From contig OZ242318.1 of NCBI GenBank assembly GCA_965208105.1, forward strand, positions 2,720,001 through 2,784,000: a DNA stretch of 64,000 bases. Reading direction: 5' to 3'. Below are positions 29,056-40,399 of this stretch, piece after piece; position 1 is the stretch's first letter; each line of letters opens with the position of its first letter. The DNA comes from Candidatus Latescibacterota bacterium. Lineage in GTDB: Bacteria; Latescibacterota; UBA2968; UBA8231. The position numbers and the translations under genes are program-made. The notes under the pieces were generated by a model. It saw only the letters and a program-made list of their open reading frames with translations. It had not been told where the DNA came from and ran no database searches.

Positions 29056-30217
29056 CTAGTGCTCTGTTAAGGATTCAGGCTTGTACTTTTTCGTACATGT
29101 TGGTATCATGGGGACATATGTCCATTTTTCTGGGAGGGTCCTGCCATGTGCCTCCATGCTCGAACACCGGATGCTGCCGAATCGAAAGAACTGGGCCGAT
29201 GGCTGAAGCGGCCACGCAATGCCGTACAGATGCGACGAGGGCAATTGATCTCCCTCAGTGCCCAGGGTATGCGGGTCCAGGAGCTGTCGGCGACGCTGCA
29301 TCTGCACGAGGAATACATCCGCTCCCTGGTCCGACGATACAACGAGGAAGGGCTGGCGTCGCTTCGCACGCGAGCCCACCCGGGGCGCACCCCAGCGCTG
29401 ACGCCCGAAGACGAGTCCGTGGTGGTGGAGATCGCCAAGATGCCCCCTCGGGCTTTCGGCCAACCCTTCAACCAGTGGTCGCTGCGCAAGCTGACCGACT
29501 GTCTGGTCGGGCGCAAGATGATCCCCAAGGTCTCGCACGTGACCATCGCCAAGGTCTTGGACCGGCATAAGGTCACCTACCAACGTACCCGCACCTGGAA
29601 GGAGTCGAAGGATCCGGATTTCTCCTCGAAAAAAAACGCATCGACCGCCTCTACCGGCGTGCGCCGAAGGACTCGGTCGTAGTCTGCTTCGACGAAATGG
29701 GGCCCGTGCAGATCAAGCCCCATGCCGGCTCCTCCTGGGCGCCGCAGAAGCACCCGGTGCGGCACCGAGCCACCTACACCCGGCACGCCGGGGTCAGCTA
29801 TTTCTTCGGCGCCTACAACGTCCACGAGGACGTCCTGTGGATGCATCACAAGCGAAAGAAGCACGCCTCGGAGGTGCTCACTTTCCTCAAGGCCATCCGG
29901 CACCGCTACCGCAAGGCCCAACGCATCTACCTCGTTCTGGACAATTTGTCGACGCACGCGACCCCAAAGATTCGGCAATGGTGTCGGCAGCATCGAGTCT
30001 CCCTCGTCTTCACCGCTACCAACGCCTCCTGGATGAACCGTCTCGAATGCCATCTGACCGCCGCCCACTACTTCGTCATCAAGAACAGCGACCCAAGGGA
30101 CCATCGAGACATCGGCCAGCGCATGCAGGAATACCTCGTATGGAGAAATCGAAACCAGGACGATGCCAAGCTCGCCAAAATACAAAATTCAATGCCCACT
30201 CTTTAACAGCGCACTAG
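29056..30217 (+). mobile_element. IS630-family insertion sequence in a CTAG site (TA duplication)
   Basis: TIR ctagtgctctgttaa / ttaacagcgcactag; two-ORF DDE transposase. Confidence 0.93.
29146..30206 (+). CDS. IS630 transposase (ORFA HTH plus ORFB DDE, joined by a probable -1 frameshift)
   Basis: WSLRKL, RTWKESKDPDF, A8 run at 29629-29636, then CFDEMGP, VLDNLSTH, SWMNRLE. Confidence 0.9.
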
Positions 30218-30622
30218 CTGAGGCGAATATCCGCGTCCGACATAGTCGAACAGCGTGAAATGGCGATCGGCGTGCCGACAAACGCGCTGACCATCTGTTG
30301 TCTGGTGAATCTTCGGAGTTGGCGAAAATTCCCCACGACAAGATTCCTGAAGGTCCAGACAGAAATTGCGCTCTTCCGCGGATTCGACGAACTGAGGCCA
30401 TTCCTTGAGGAAGAACCTACCTTGCGCCGTTGAGAACTCTACGACGAGACGGTTGCCCCATACAACTAGCTGAGTCACCCTCTTATTTGTGTCGCCCAGC
30501 CCGTACTCGCTTAGAACACGACTGAGAACGTCAAGGTCACTATAGGAAAGGTCGTAGTTGAATTTCTGCGGCAAATTGTAGGAGTCCCCTTGGACTTGAA
30601 GCTTGTCCTAAGATTTCATGTC

Positions 30623-30705
30623 GCACAACGTTCTCGCCGTGCCCGAACCGCGAACGCGGTTGCGCGAAGGGCGCATGCCCGAAGCCGGGCACGGACGTGT
30701 TATGC
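30623..30705 (-). repeat. attC site M (proximal)
   Basis: GCACAAC gttctcgccgtgcccg...gccgggcacggacgt GTTATGC. Confidence 0.88.
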
Positions 30706-30723
30706 GATACTGGCGTGCGACGT

Positions 30724-31236
30724 CTATTCCTCACCACTCCAGTAGTTTCCCGTCAGACCTTCTTTGACCTGTGTCCACACTGTCAGACCCTCACGTTCTT
30801 CACTCAAAGGTCCCTTATCAACCGCCAATGTACCACTCAGCGAAACCTTATCGCTGTCTGGATAATAACACGTGTCGAACTCAGGATTGTTTGATATTAC
30901 CAGATACTCGAAGTCGCTGTCGCCGACGTTTGTCAGCTGGTGCGCAACGCCAGGTTGACATTGAACTGCGTCGCCAGCTGCGAGATCGAGTGTCCCTTCC
31001 GCGAATCGCATCGTGGCTGATCCCCTGATCACGAGATAAAACTCCCACTGTGTCCCGTGCGCATGATAGGTGAAAGCCTTCTTCCCAGGTGGGACAATGT
31101 AGTTGTCTACTTCGAAGGGCCTCTTTGCTTCCAGGTCACCAATAGCCTTGCTCAAGCTCCTCTCGATTTTGCAATAGCGACTCTTGGGAGACTCGAGTCT
31201 CCTCTTTTCAATTTCCTCTATGTTGATCTTCTTCAT
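30724..31236 (-). CDS. Cassette 13 (first): cupin domain protein
   Basis: PPGKKAFTYHAHGTQWEFYLVIRG...GVAHQLTN, CYYPDSDK. Confidence 0.88.
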   Translation of the reverse strand: MKKINIEEIEKRRLESPKSRYCKIERSLSKAIGDLEAKRPFEVDNYIVPPGKKAFTYHAHGTQWEFYLVIRGSATMRFAEGTLDLAAGDAVQCQPGVAHQLTNVGDSDFEYLVISNNPEFDTCYYPDSDKVSLSGTLAVDKGPLSEEREGLTVWTQVKEGLTGNYWSGEE

Positions 31237-31288
31237 ACCTGTTCCAACCTCTGTTGATCTTGAAGGTTACCTTCCGTGCCATCCGCCA

Positions 31289-31332
31289 GTTCGCATAACT
31301 ACTTTTAATATGCGAACTATTGGTTCGCATAT
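31289..31332 (-). promoter_or_regulatory. attI-like recombination site at the head of the array
   Basis: Minus strand ...catattaaaagta GTTATGC; no attC-family body behind the core; palindrome ATATGCGAAC-N5-GTTCGCATAT (31308-31332). Confidence 0.6.
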
Positions 31333-31641
31333 ATGCCATCGCGAGTTACTTATGTGACAAAAAGGTACCTGGTAGCGCAAACAGTCGCAATCAAAATCCC
31401 CAAGGCGTATGCTTTACGTAATTCTTTGAAGTAGTTTGGATAGCACGACTTTCCCGAGGTCCAGCACACTTGGCACGCATTTCATTGGCGAGGGTCACAT
31501 CCGTTTGGCCTGGGAAAACGCACGATGCGGAGCGGATGGAGCACATAAAGGGCGTTACTAGGGAGTCGGTCTGGGGACAGGCCGTGGGGCGCTACGGGGT
31601 GTGAGTGCCTGGCACAGGATCGAAGCGGCTACTGCTATGCT

Positions 31642-33045
31642 TCATTCCAGTTGCGCCGCCAGCTCTTCTGCCGGATAGGTGAGGATTTCGGCGAGGGTCG
31701 GGTGGTAGTGGGGCATGCGGGCAAGATCCTCGACCGTGCCGCGGAAGTAGAGGAGGGCGACCAGTTCGTGAATCAGCTCCGCAGCCTGGGGACCGACGAC
31801 ATGGGCGCCGAGCACTTCGCCGCCGCGCGGCCGGCAAAGCAGTTTGACGTGGCCGTGGGTTTCACCCAGGCACATGGACTTGCCGTGGTCGTCGAAGGGA
31901 TAAGAGGCCACCAGGTAGGGAATTCCGCTCTCCCGGCACTGCTTTTCGCCGAGACCGACGCTGGCAACCGCTGGATCGGTGAAGATCACCGAGATATTGA
32001 GGCGGTCGTCGACGCGACGGGCGGGGCCCTCGGGATGGACCGCGTTGTAGGCGGCGACCTCGCCCTGCTGGATGGCGATGTGGACGATTTCGTGAAGTCC
32101 GTTGACATCGCCGGCGGCGAAGATGTGGGACTGGCTGGTGCGCATTTCCGGATCGACCAGGATGCGACCGCGCCGGGTCTCCACTCCGGCCGCCTGGAGG
32201 CCCAGAGCATCGATGTTGGGCCGACGGCCCAGGGCTTGCAGAACCTGGCTGGCGGCGGCGGTCCTCTCCTCGCCCTGGTGGGAAAAGTGGGCGGTCACGA
32301 GCCCGTTTTCAGCAGTGAAGCGGTGCAGCCTGGTCCCGGTGTAGACTTTCATGCCCTCGGCGCGAAAGCGCTCTTCCACCGGCCTGGCTAGATCTTCGTC
32401 CCCCTTGGAGAGAATGTGGCCACTGCGCTGCAGAAGCGTGACGCGGGTGCCGATGCGCGCAAAGAACTGGGCCAGTTCCACCGCCACCGGACCGCCGCCG
32501 AGAACGAGCAGGGACTCGGGTTGCCGCCGCAGGTCCAGGGCCTCGTCGCTGGTGATATAGCCGGCCTCGTCGAGACCGGCAATGGAGACCCGGGAAGACA
32601 CGGAGCCGGTGCATATGACTGTGCTGTCAGCCCGGAGAACCTCCTTCCCCACCCGGATCCGGTGCGGGGACAGAAAGGACGCGCTTTCTTCGTAGAGGGT
32701 GAAGCCGGGGTCCCGCAGTTGGGCGATGCGGTGTGCGGCGAAGTCCTCGACCAGGCGGTCCTTGCGGGCGATGATCGCGGCCAGGTCCGCCTGCGGCTGC
32801 ACCGGAAGAAGGCCGAACTCGGGTGCCCGCAGCATCAGGGCCATGACCTCCGAAGAGCGCAGGATGGCCTTGCTGGGCATGCAGCCGCGCAGGATGCAGA
32901 GTCCGCCCAGGGGGCCGGGATCGACGATGGCGACATTCGCTCCGGCGTCGCGGGCGGTGCGCGCTGCAGCGTAGCCGGCGGACCCACCTCCGATGATCGC
33001 GATGTCGTGGCGCAAGTGCAGGTTCCTCGTTGAAATTTTCTGCAA
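31642..33045 (-). CDS. Class I pyridine nucleotide-disulfide oxidoreductase (dihydrolipoamide dehydrogenase family)
   Basis: IIGGGSAG, GGLCILRGCMPSK, LGGGPVAVE, AAGDV, C-terminal HYHPTLAE. Confidence 0.88.
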   Translation of the reverse strand: MQKISTRNLHLRHDIAIIGGGSAGYAAARTARDAGANVAIVDPGPLGGLCILRGCMPSKAILRSSEVMALMLRAPEFGLLPVQPQADLAAIIARKDRLVEDFAAHRIAQLRDPGFTLYEESASFLSPHRIRVGKEVLRADSTVICTGSVSSRVSIAGLDEAGYITSDEALDLRRQPESLLVLGGGPVAVELAQFFARIGTRVTLLQRSGHILSKGDEDLARPVEERFRAEGMKVYTGTRLHRFTAENGLVTAHFSHQGEERTAAASQVLQALGRRPNIDALGLQAAGVETRRGRILVDPEMRTSQSHIFAAGDVNGLHEIVHIAIQQGEVAAYNAVHPEGPARRVDDRLNISVIFTDPAVASVGLGEKQCRESGIPYLVASYPFDDHGKSMCLGETHGHVKLLCRPRGGEVLGAHVVGPQAAELIHELVALLYFRGTVEDLARMPHYHPTLAEILTYPAEELAAQLE

Positions 33046-33086
33046 TTCTGTCGATTATAACCTTTTCCCTCTGCCCCAACAACGCC

Positions 33087-34274
33087 ATGCGACTCAATCT
33101 CAAAAAATCCCTTTTCCCCATGCTTTTCGTCCTTGCTCCCGGTGCCTTGTGGGCGCGGGAGGACTCCGCCGCGCAGGAGGTCTACACCCTCAGGACCTAT
33201 GACGCGCGGATCCAGCAGGGCATCGATCTGATCTACAGTCTCAAATTCGAGGAGGCAGACCGCTATTTCGAGGGAATAATCGCCGCCGACCAGGCAAACC
33301 CCCTGGGCCACTTCTTCCTCGCCATGGTCACCTGGTGGCGGGTTCTCATCGACCTGGAAAGCCGCGATCACGACAAGGCCTTCTACTCCCTGCTCGAGCG
33401 CTGCATCGAGGTTTGCGACCGCCGCCTGGAGCAGGATCCGATGGACTTCGATGCCGTGCTCTTCAAGGCGGGAGCCATCGGCTTTCGCGGACGTCTGCGC
33501 GGAGACCGGAACCAGTACTTGCGCGCGGCGGGCGACGGATTGAAATCCCTGCCGCTGCTCGAAACCAGCCGCAAGCTGGAGCCTGCGAACAAGGACATCC
33601 TCTTCGGCCAGGGAATCTACAACTACTTCGCCGAGGTCGTACCGCGGGAGTACCCGGTGGTTCGCCCGATCATGTGGCTGCTGCCCGACGGCGACCGCAA
33701 AACGGGCCTGCGACAGCTGCAGCAAGTGGCGCGGGAAGGCCGCTACTCGCGCACGGAGGCCATTTACTTTCTCGCCCAGATCTACCGCATTTTCGAAAAG
33801 GACAAGCACGCGGCGCTCAAATACCTCGAGCAGCTCTACCGGCGCTATCCCGACAACGCGCTGTTCCACCGCTACCTTGCCCGGACCTTGATCGACGTGG
33901 GACAGTGGAACAGGGGGACCGCCCTCTACGAGGAAGCCATCCGCCGCAGTCTGGAGGGCCGCGCGGGCTATCACCGGCGCGGGCACGTGGAGGCGCTCTA
34001 CTACGTGGGGAGGTCGGCCCTGTACTGGCGCCGCCTGGAGGAGGCTAAAACCGCGCTGGCGGCTGCGGACAGCCTGGGGCCTGAAGCCGACGGCAAGCGC
34101 ACCCGCCGATTCATGGTCCTGGCGAACCTCATGCTGGGCAAGATCCACGATGTCCAGGGTGAGCGCGGCAGGGCGGTGGAGCGCTATGAACGGGTGCTGG
34201 GACTGCCCGATTTCAGCAATTGTCACGAGCAGGCCCGCGAGTACCTCAAGGAGCCCTACAGGGCTCCCCCCTGA
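33087..34274 (+). CDS. Secreted tetratricopeptide repeat protein
   Basis: Signal peptide MRLNLKK..ALWA; helical TPR-like repeats; FGQGIYNYFAE. Confidence 0.75.
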   Translation: MRLNLKKSLFPMLFVLAPGALWAREDSAAQEVYTLRTYDARIQQGIDLIYSLKFEEADRYFEGIIAADQANPLGHFFLAMVTWWRVLIDLESRDHDKAFYSLLERCIEVCDRRLEQDPMDFDAVLFKAGAIGFRGRLRGDRNQYLRAAGDGLKSLPLLETSRKLEPANKDILFGQGIYNYFAEVVPREYPVVRPIMWLLPDGDRKTGLRQLQQVAREGRYSRTEAIYFLAQIYRIFEKDKHAALKYLEQLYRRYPDNALFHRYLARTLIDVGQWNRGTALYEEAIRRSLEGRAGYHRRGHVEALYYVGRSALYWRRLEEAKTALAAADSLGPEADGKRTRRFMVLANLMLGKIHDVQGERGRAVERYERVLGLPDFSNCHEQAREYLKEPYRAPP

Positions 34275-34799
34275 TCATTCTGGTTCCCCCAGCTGCTCCT
34301 TGTAGCGCTTGAAGTTCCGCACGTAGTGGTCGGCGGATTCCCTTAGGCCGGCGATCTCCTCCTCGGTGAGCCGGCGCTTGACCTGGCCGGGGCTGCCTAA
34401 AACCAGGGATCCATCGGGAATCTCCTTGCCTTCGGTGATGAGAGTATTGGCCCCCACGAGGCAGTTGCGCCCGATCCTGGCATTGTTGAGAATCACCGAC
34501 TTGATTCCGATCAGGCTGTGGTCGCCGATTGTGCAGCCGTGCAGCATGGCCATGTGGCCCACGGTGACCCCGCGGCCGACGTCGAGAGGAATGCCCTCGT
34601 CGGTGTGCAGCACGGCGCCGTCCTGAATGTTGGTGCCGGGGCCGATGGTGATGAGATCGTTGTCGCCTCGGATAACCGCGTTGAACCAGACGCCCACCTC
34701 GTCGTGAAGGACTATGGAGCCTACGAGGGTGGCGTTGGCGGCGACGAAGTAATCGTCGCCGCGGATTTCCACCTTGCGCTCTCCCAGGGCATGGATCAT
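34275..34799 (-). CDS. Gamma carbonic anhydrase family (YrdA-like) protein
   Basis: WFNAVIRGD, TNIQDGAVLH, TVGHMAMLHGC hexapeptide repeats; ATG 34799 after GGAGG. Confidence 0.92.
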   Translation of the reverse strand: MIHALGERKVEIRGDDYFVAANATLVGSIVLHDEVGVWFNAVIRGDNDLITIGPGTNIQDGAVLHTDEGIPLDVGRGVTVGHMAMLHGCTIGDHSLIGIKSVILNNARIGRNCLVGANTLITEGKEIPDGSLVLGSPGQVKRRLTEEEIAGLRESADHYVRNFKRYKEQLGEPE

Positions 34800-34960
34800 T
34801 CCAACCTCCTTTCCTCGCGTGGAGGACCACTCCATCTATTGAAAGCCAAGTTTTGAAATCTAAATAAACTACAACCTGTCCGCGCACTCTGGTATTGGAA
34901 GCGGGCCATACTTACTTTATCCTGCCGTTTTTTGAGAACTGAAGACGAGTGGCGTCCTAT

Positions 34961-35778
34961 ATGCAAAGTTGGGTGATTGCGCGCACGACGCCGGCCTTCC
35001 GGGTCGCATTGATGGCGGCGATCAGTGCCGCGGCGGCCGGAGCTGTTTTCCTTTTGCCGCCCATTCCCCAGGATCCATCCTATCACAACTTTGCCGACCA
35101 GCGCCGGCTGGCAGGCATCGCAAATGCCCTGGACGTGCTCTCGAACATCCCCTTCGCACTTGTGGGGGGAATGGGACTGCTGTTTGTTTGCAACGCACGC
35201 AAGGCCCTGGCCGGCCACCGGGAGCGCCTGCCCTATGCCGCCTTCTTTCTCGGCGTTCTGCTGACGGGTGCGGGATCGGCTTTTTACCACCTGGCACCCG
35301 ACAGCGGGCGGCTGGTGTGGGACCGGCTGCCCATGGCCCTGGCCTTCACGGCATTGCTGGCGGCCGTCCTGACGGAGCGCGTCAGCCTGCGGGCAGGGCC
35401 CTGGCTGCTGGCTCCGCTGGCGCTTCTGGGCATGGGGAGCGTGGCATACTGGCACTGGACGGAACTTCTGGGAAGGGGCGATCTTCGGCCCTATATTCTT
35501 GTTCAATACTACTCTCTTCTTGCCCTGGCGATGACCCTGGTCCTGTTTCCGCCCCGCTACAGCCGCGCCCCAGGCTTCGCCGTGGCTCTTTTTCTCTACG
35601 GGTTGGCCAAGGTTTTCGAGCTGCTGGACGCACCGATCTACAACCTGGCCGGCCTGGCCAGCGGCCACACCTTGAAGCACCTCACCGCCGCCGCCGCGGT
35701 CTACGTGCTGCTGCACATGCTGCAGCACCGAAAAATACTGGCAGACGCAAACCCTCATAAGGAGCAAGGAAGCGAACC

Positions 35779-35782
<4 letters not shown>
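34961..35782 (+). CDS. Ceramidase-like (CREST superfamily) membrane protein
   Basis: YHNFADQR, VLSNIPF, GSAFYH, WDRLPM, SGHTLKH; start uncertain (34949/34961). Confidence 0.82.
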
Positions 35783-38958
<3,176 letters not shown>

Positions 38959-39079
38959 TGTCCTGCAAATAACTTCAATAATTGGAGGGCGCTGAAAGCG
39001 TCCATTCTCTCTAGAATTTCAAAAATTCGGCGCCGCGAACTAATGCAAGGAATTTCCAGGACGCAACACTAGAGCCGAG

Positions 39080-40288
39080 ATGCAGCGCTCCCTCAACCTC
39101 GTCAAGATCACCCTGACGGACTTCATCGTGCGCTCTGCCTACCAGATGGGCAAGACCCCTCTCCTGCCCATCTTTGCGGCCTCACTGGGCGCCAACTCCG
39201 CATTCCTGGGCTTCATTGTCTCGGTATCTACCCTGACCGGAATGGTGTTGAAGCCGTTGATCGGCCTTCTTTCCGACCGCTGGGGCCGGCGCTGGTGGCT
39301 GGTGGCCGGCACCCTTTTTTTCGCGGGCATGCCCTTTTTCTACCACCTCGTCCACACCCCGGAGCAACTGTTCTGCGTACGCATCGTCCACGGCCTGGCC
39401 ACGGCCATCTACGGCCCGGTGACGCTGGCTTTCGTGGCCGAGCAGGCCATGCAGCGCCGGGCCGAGCGCCTGGGGTGGTTCGGAATGGCGCGCAACGGCA
39501 GCTATATAGTCGGACCTGCGGCGGCCGGGTGGCTCCTGCTGACACTGGACCCGGTCGATGTCTTCACCCTCATCGGGCTCCTGAGCTGCCTTGCCTTCGT
39601 CCCCGTATTCCTGCTTTCCGAAACGGGTGTCCGCAACGGGAGCAGCCGCCTCCCCGTCCGCCGCCACATTTCAGCGGCGCTTGGAGCGGGCATCCGCACC
39701 CCTTCGGTCTGGCTCTCGGGAAGCCTGGAGCTGACCGTGTTTTTGGCCCTCTATGCTGTCAGGGCTTTCCTCCCCCTGTACGCCCTTTCCCTGGGAGTCA
39801 GCGTCGCCCTGGTGGGAGTATTTTTCTCGGTCCAGGAAGCCGCGCACCTTGTACTGCGGCCCCTTGGAGGGCGCCTCGGCGACCGCATGGGCTATTTGGA
39901 GGCCGTCATCCTGGGCATGATTGCCATGGGACTGCCCCTGTCCCTGCTCTCCATGACCCATGGCCCCATCGGCCTTCTGTCACTGGCGGTGCTCGTCGGC
40001 GGGGCACAGGCTCTGGTCTTCCCGTCCACGGTGGCACTGGTGTCCGAGCAGATCGAGGCGGAGCACATCGGCGCAGGCATGGGATTGATCGGCACCTTCA
40101 AGAACATCGGCAAGGTAGCCGGGCCCATCCTGGGAGGAGGGCTGGTCCACTGGCTCGACTTCGCCTCCATGTTCCGCAGCATGGCCGCCCTCCTCCTTTT
40201 CGGGGCGGTGGCCATGTGGTACTGGAATTGTCGCCGCCAGGAGGGATCGCTGCATCATCCCGGCGTTTCCGGCAGAACCACAGGATGA
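39080..40288 (+). CDS. MFS transporter
   Basis: About 12 TM segments; GLLSDRWGRR and GRLGDRMG motif A. Confidence 0.9.
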   Translation: MQRSLNLVKITLTDFIVRSAYQMGKTPLLPIFAASLGANSAFLGFIVSVSTLTGMVLKPLIGLLSDRWGRRWWLVAGTLFFAGMPFFYHLVHTPEQLFCVRIVHGLATAIYGPVTLAFVAEQAMQRRAERLGWFGMARNGSYIVGPAAAGWLLLTLDPVDVFTLIGLLSCLAFVPVFLLSETGVRNGSSRLPVRRHISAALGAGIRTPSVWLSGSLELTVFLALYAVRAFLPLYALSLGVSVALVGVFFSVQEAAHLVLRPLGGRLGDRMGYLEAVILGMIAMGLPLSLLSMTHGPIGLLSLAVLVGGAQALVFPSTVALVSEQIEAEHIGAGMGLIGTFKNIGKVAGPILGGGLVHWLDFASMFRSMAALLLFGAVAMWYWNCRRQEGSLHHPGVSGRTTG

Positions 40289-40399
40289 CCGCTTCCTCCA
40301 ATCCAGGCCGCCCGATGCCGCTTCACCTGTGAAGACCGGTGTCCGGGCGGTCCCATCGGTCCTGCGGCCCGGCTCCTGAGCCCAGGGACCCGGGCACGG

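Larger units (their letters stand above)
28385..30574 (-). pseudogene. Cassette 12: APH/type II homoserine kinase-like phosphotransferase interrupted by IS630
   Basis: N-part (FFLKEW..FTLFDYVG) 30574-30215 and C-part (LGALH, IHGDYCHFN, IVDWD) 29058-28385 join in frame (..PQL-AAAQVSSCAK) when the IS is removed. Confidence 0.88.
18400..31332 (-). mobile_element. Integron-type gene cassette array without integrase (CALIN-like): 13 attC sites, 13 cassettes, attI-like head
   Basis: Co-oriented minus-strand ORFs separated by 68-141 bp palindromic sites bounded by ..AAC / GTT.. boxes; the two ends of each cassette are complementary; three stop codons fall inside the R'' box; lower GC than the flanks. 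Confidence 0.9.

Noticed and set aside
18400-30705. CRISPR array or REP/BIME interpretation of the recurring palindromes
   Set aside because: The repeats are 68-141 bp, heterogeneous, separated by whole genes and bounded by AAC/GTT boxes; no cas or RAYT gene is present. This fits attC sites.
31288-31315. Chromosomal dif site (AGTTCGCATAA resembles a XerC arm)
   Set aside because: After a 6-bp spacer the second arm is TTAATATGCGA, not TTATGTTAAAT-like; better explained as attI-like.
31471-31486. Sigma54 promoter (TGGCAC)
   Set aside because: The -12 element lacks the required GC (reads TTTCA) and there is no + strand gene downstream.
31642-33045. Mercuric reductase MerA
   Set aside because: No C-terminal Cys-Cys pair and no mer genes; it ends in an HPT motif typical of the broader disulfide reductase family.
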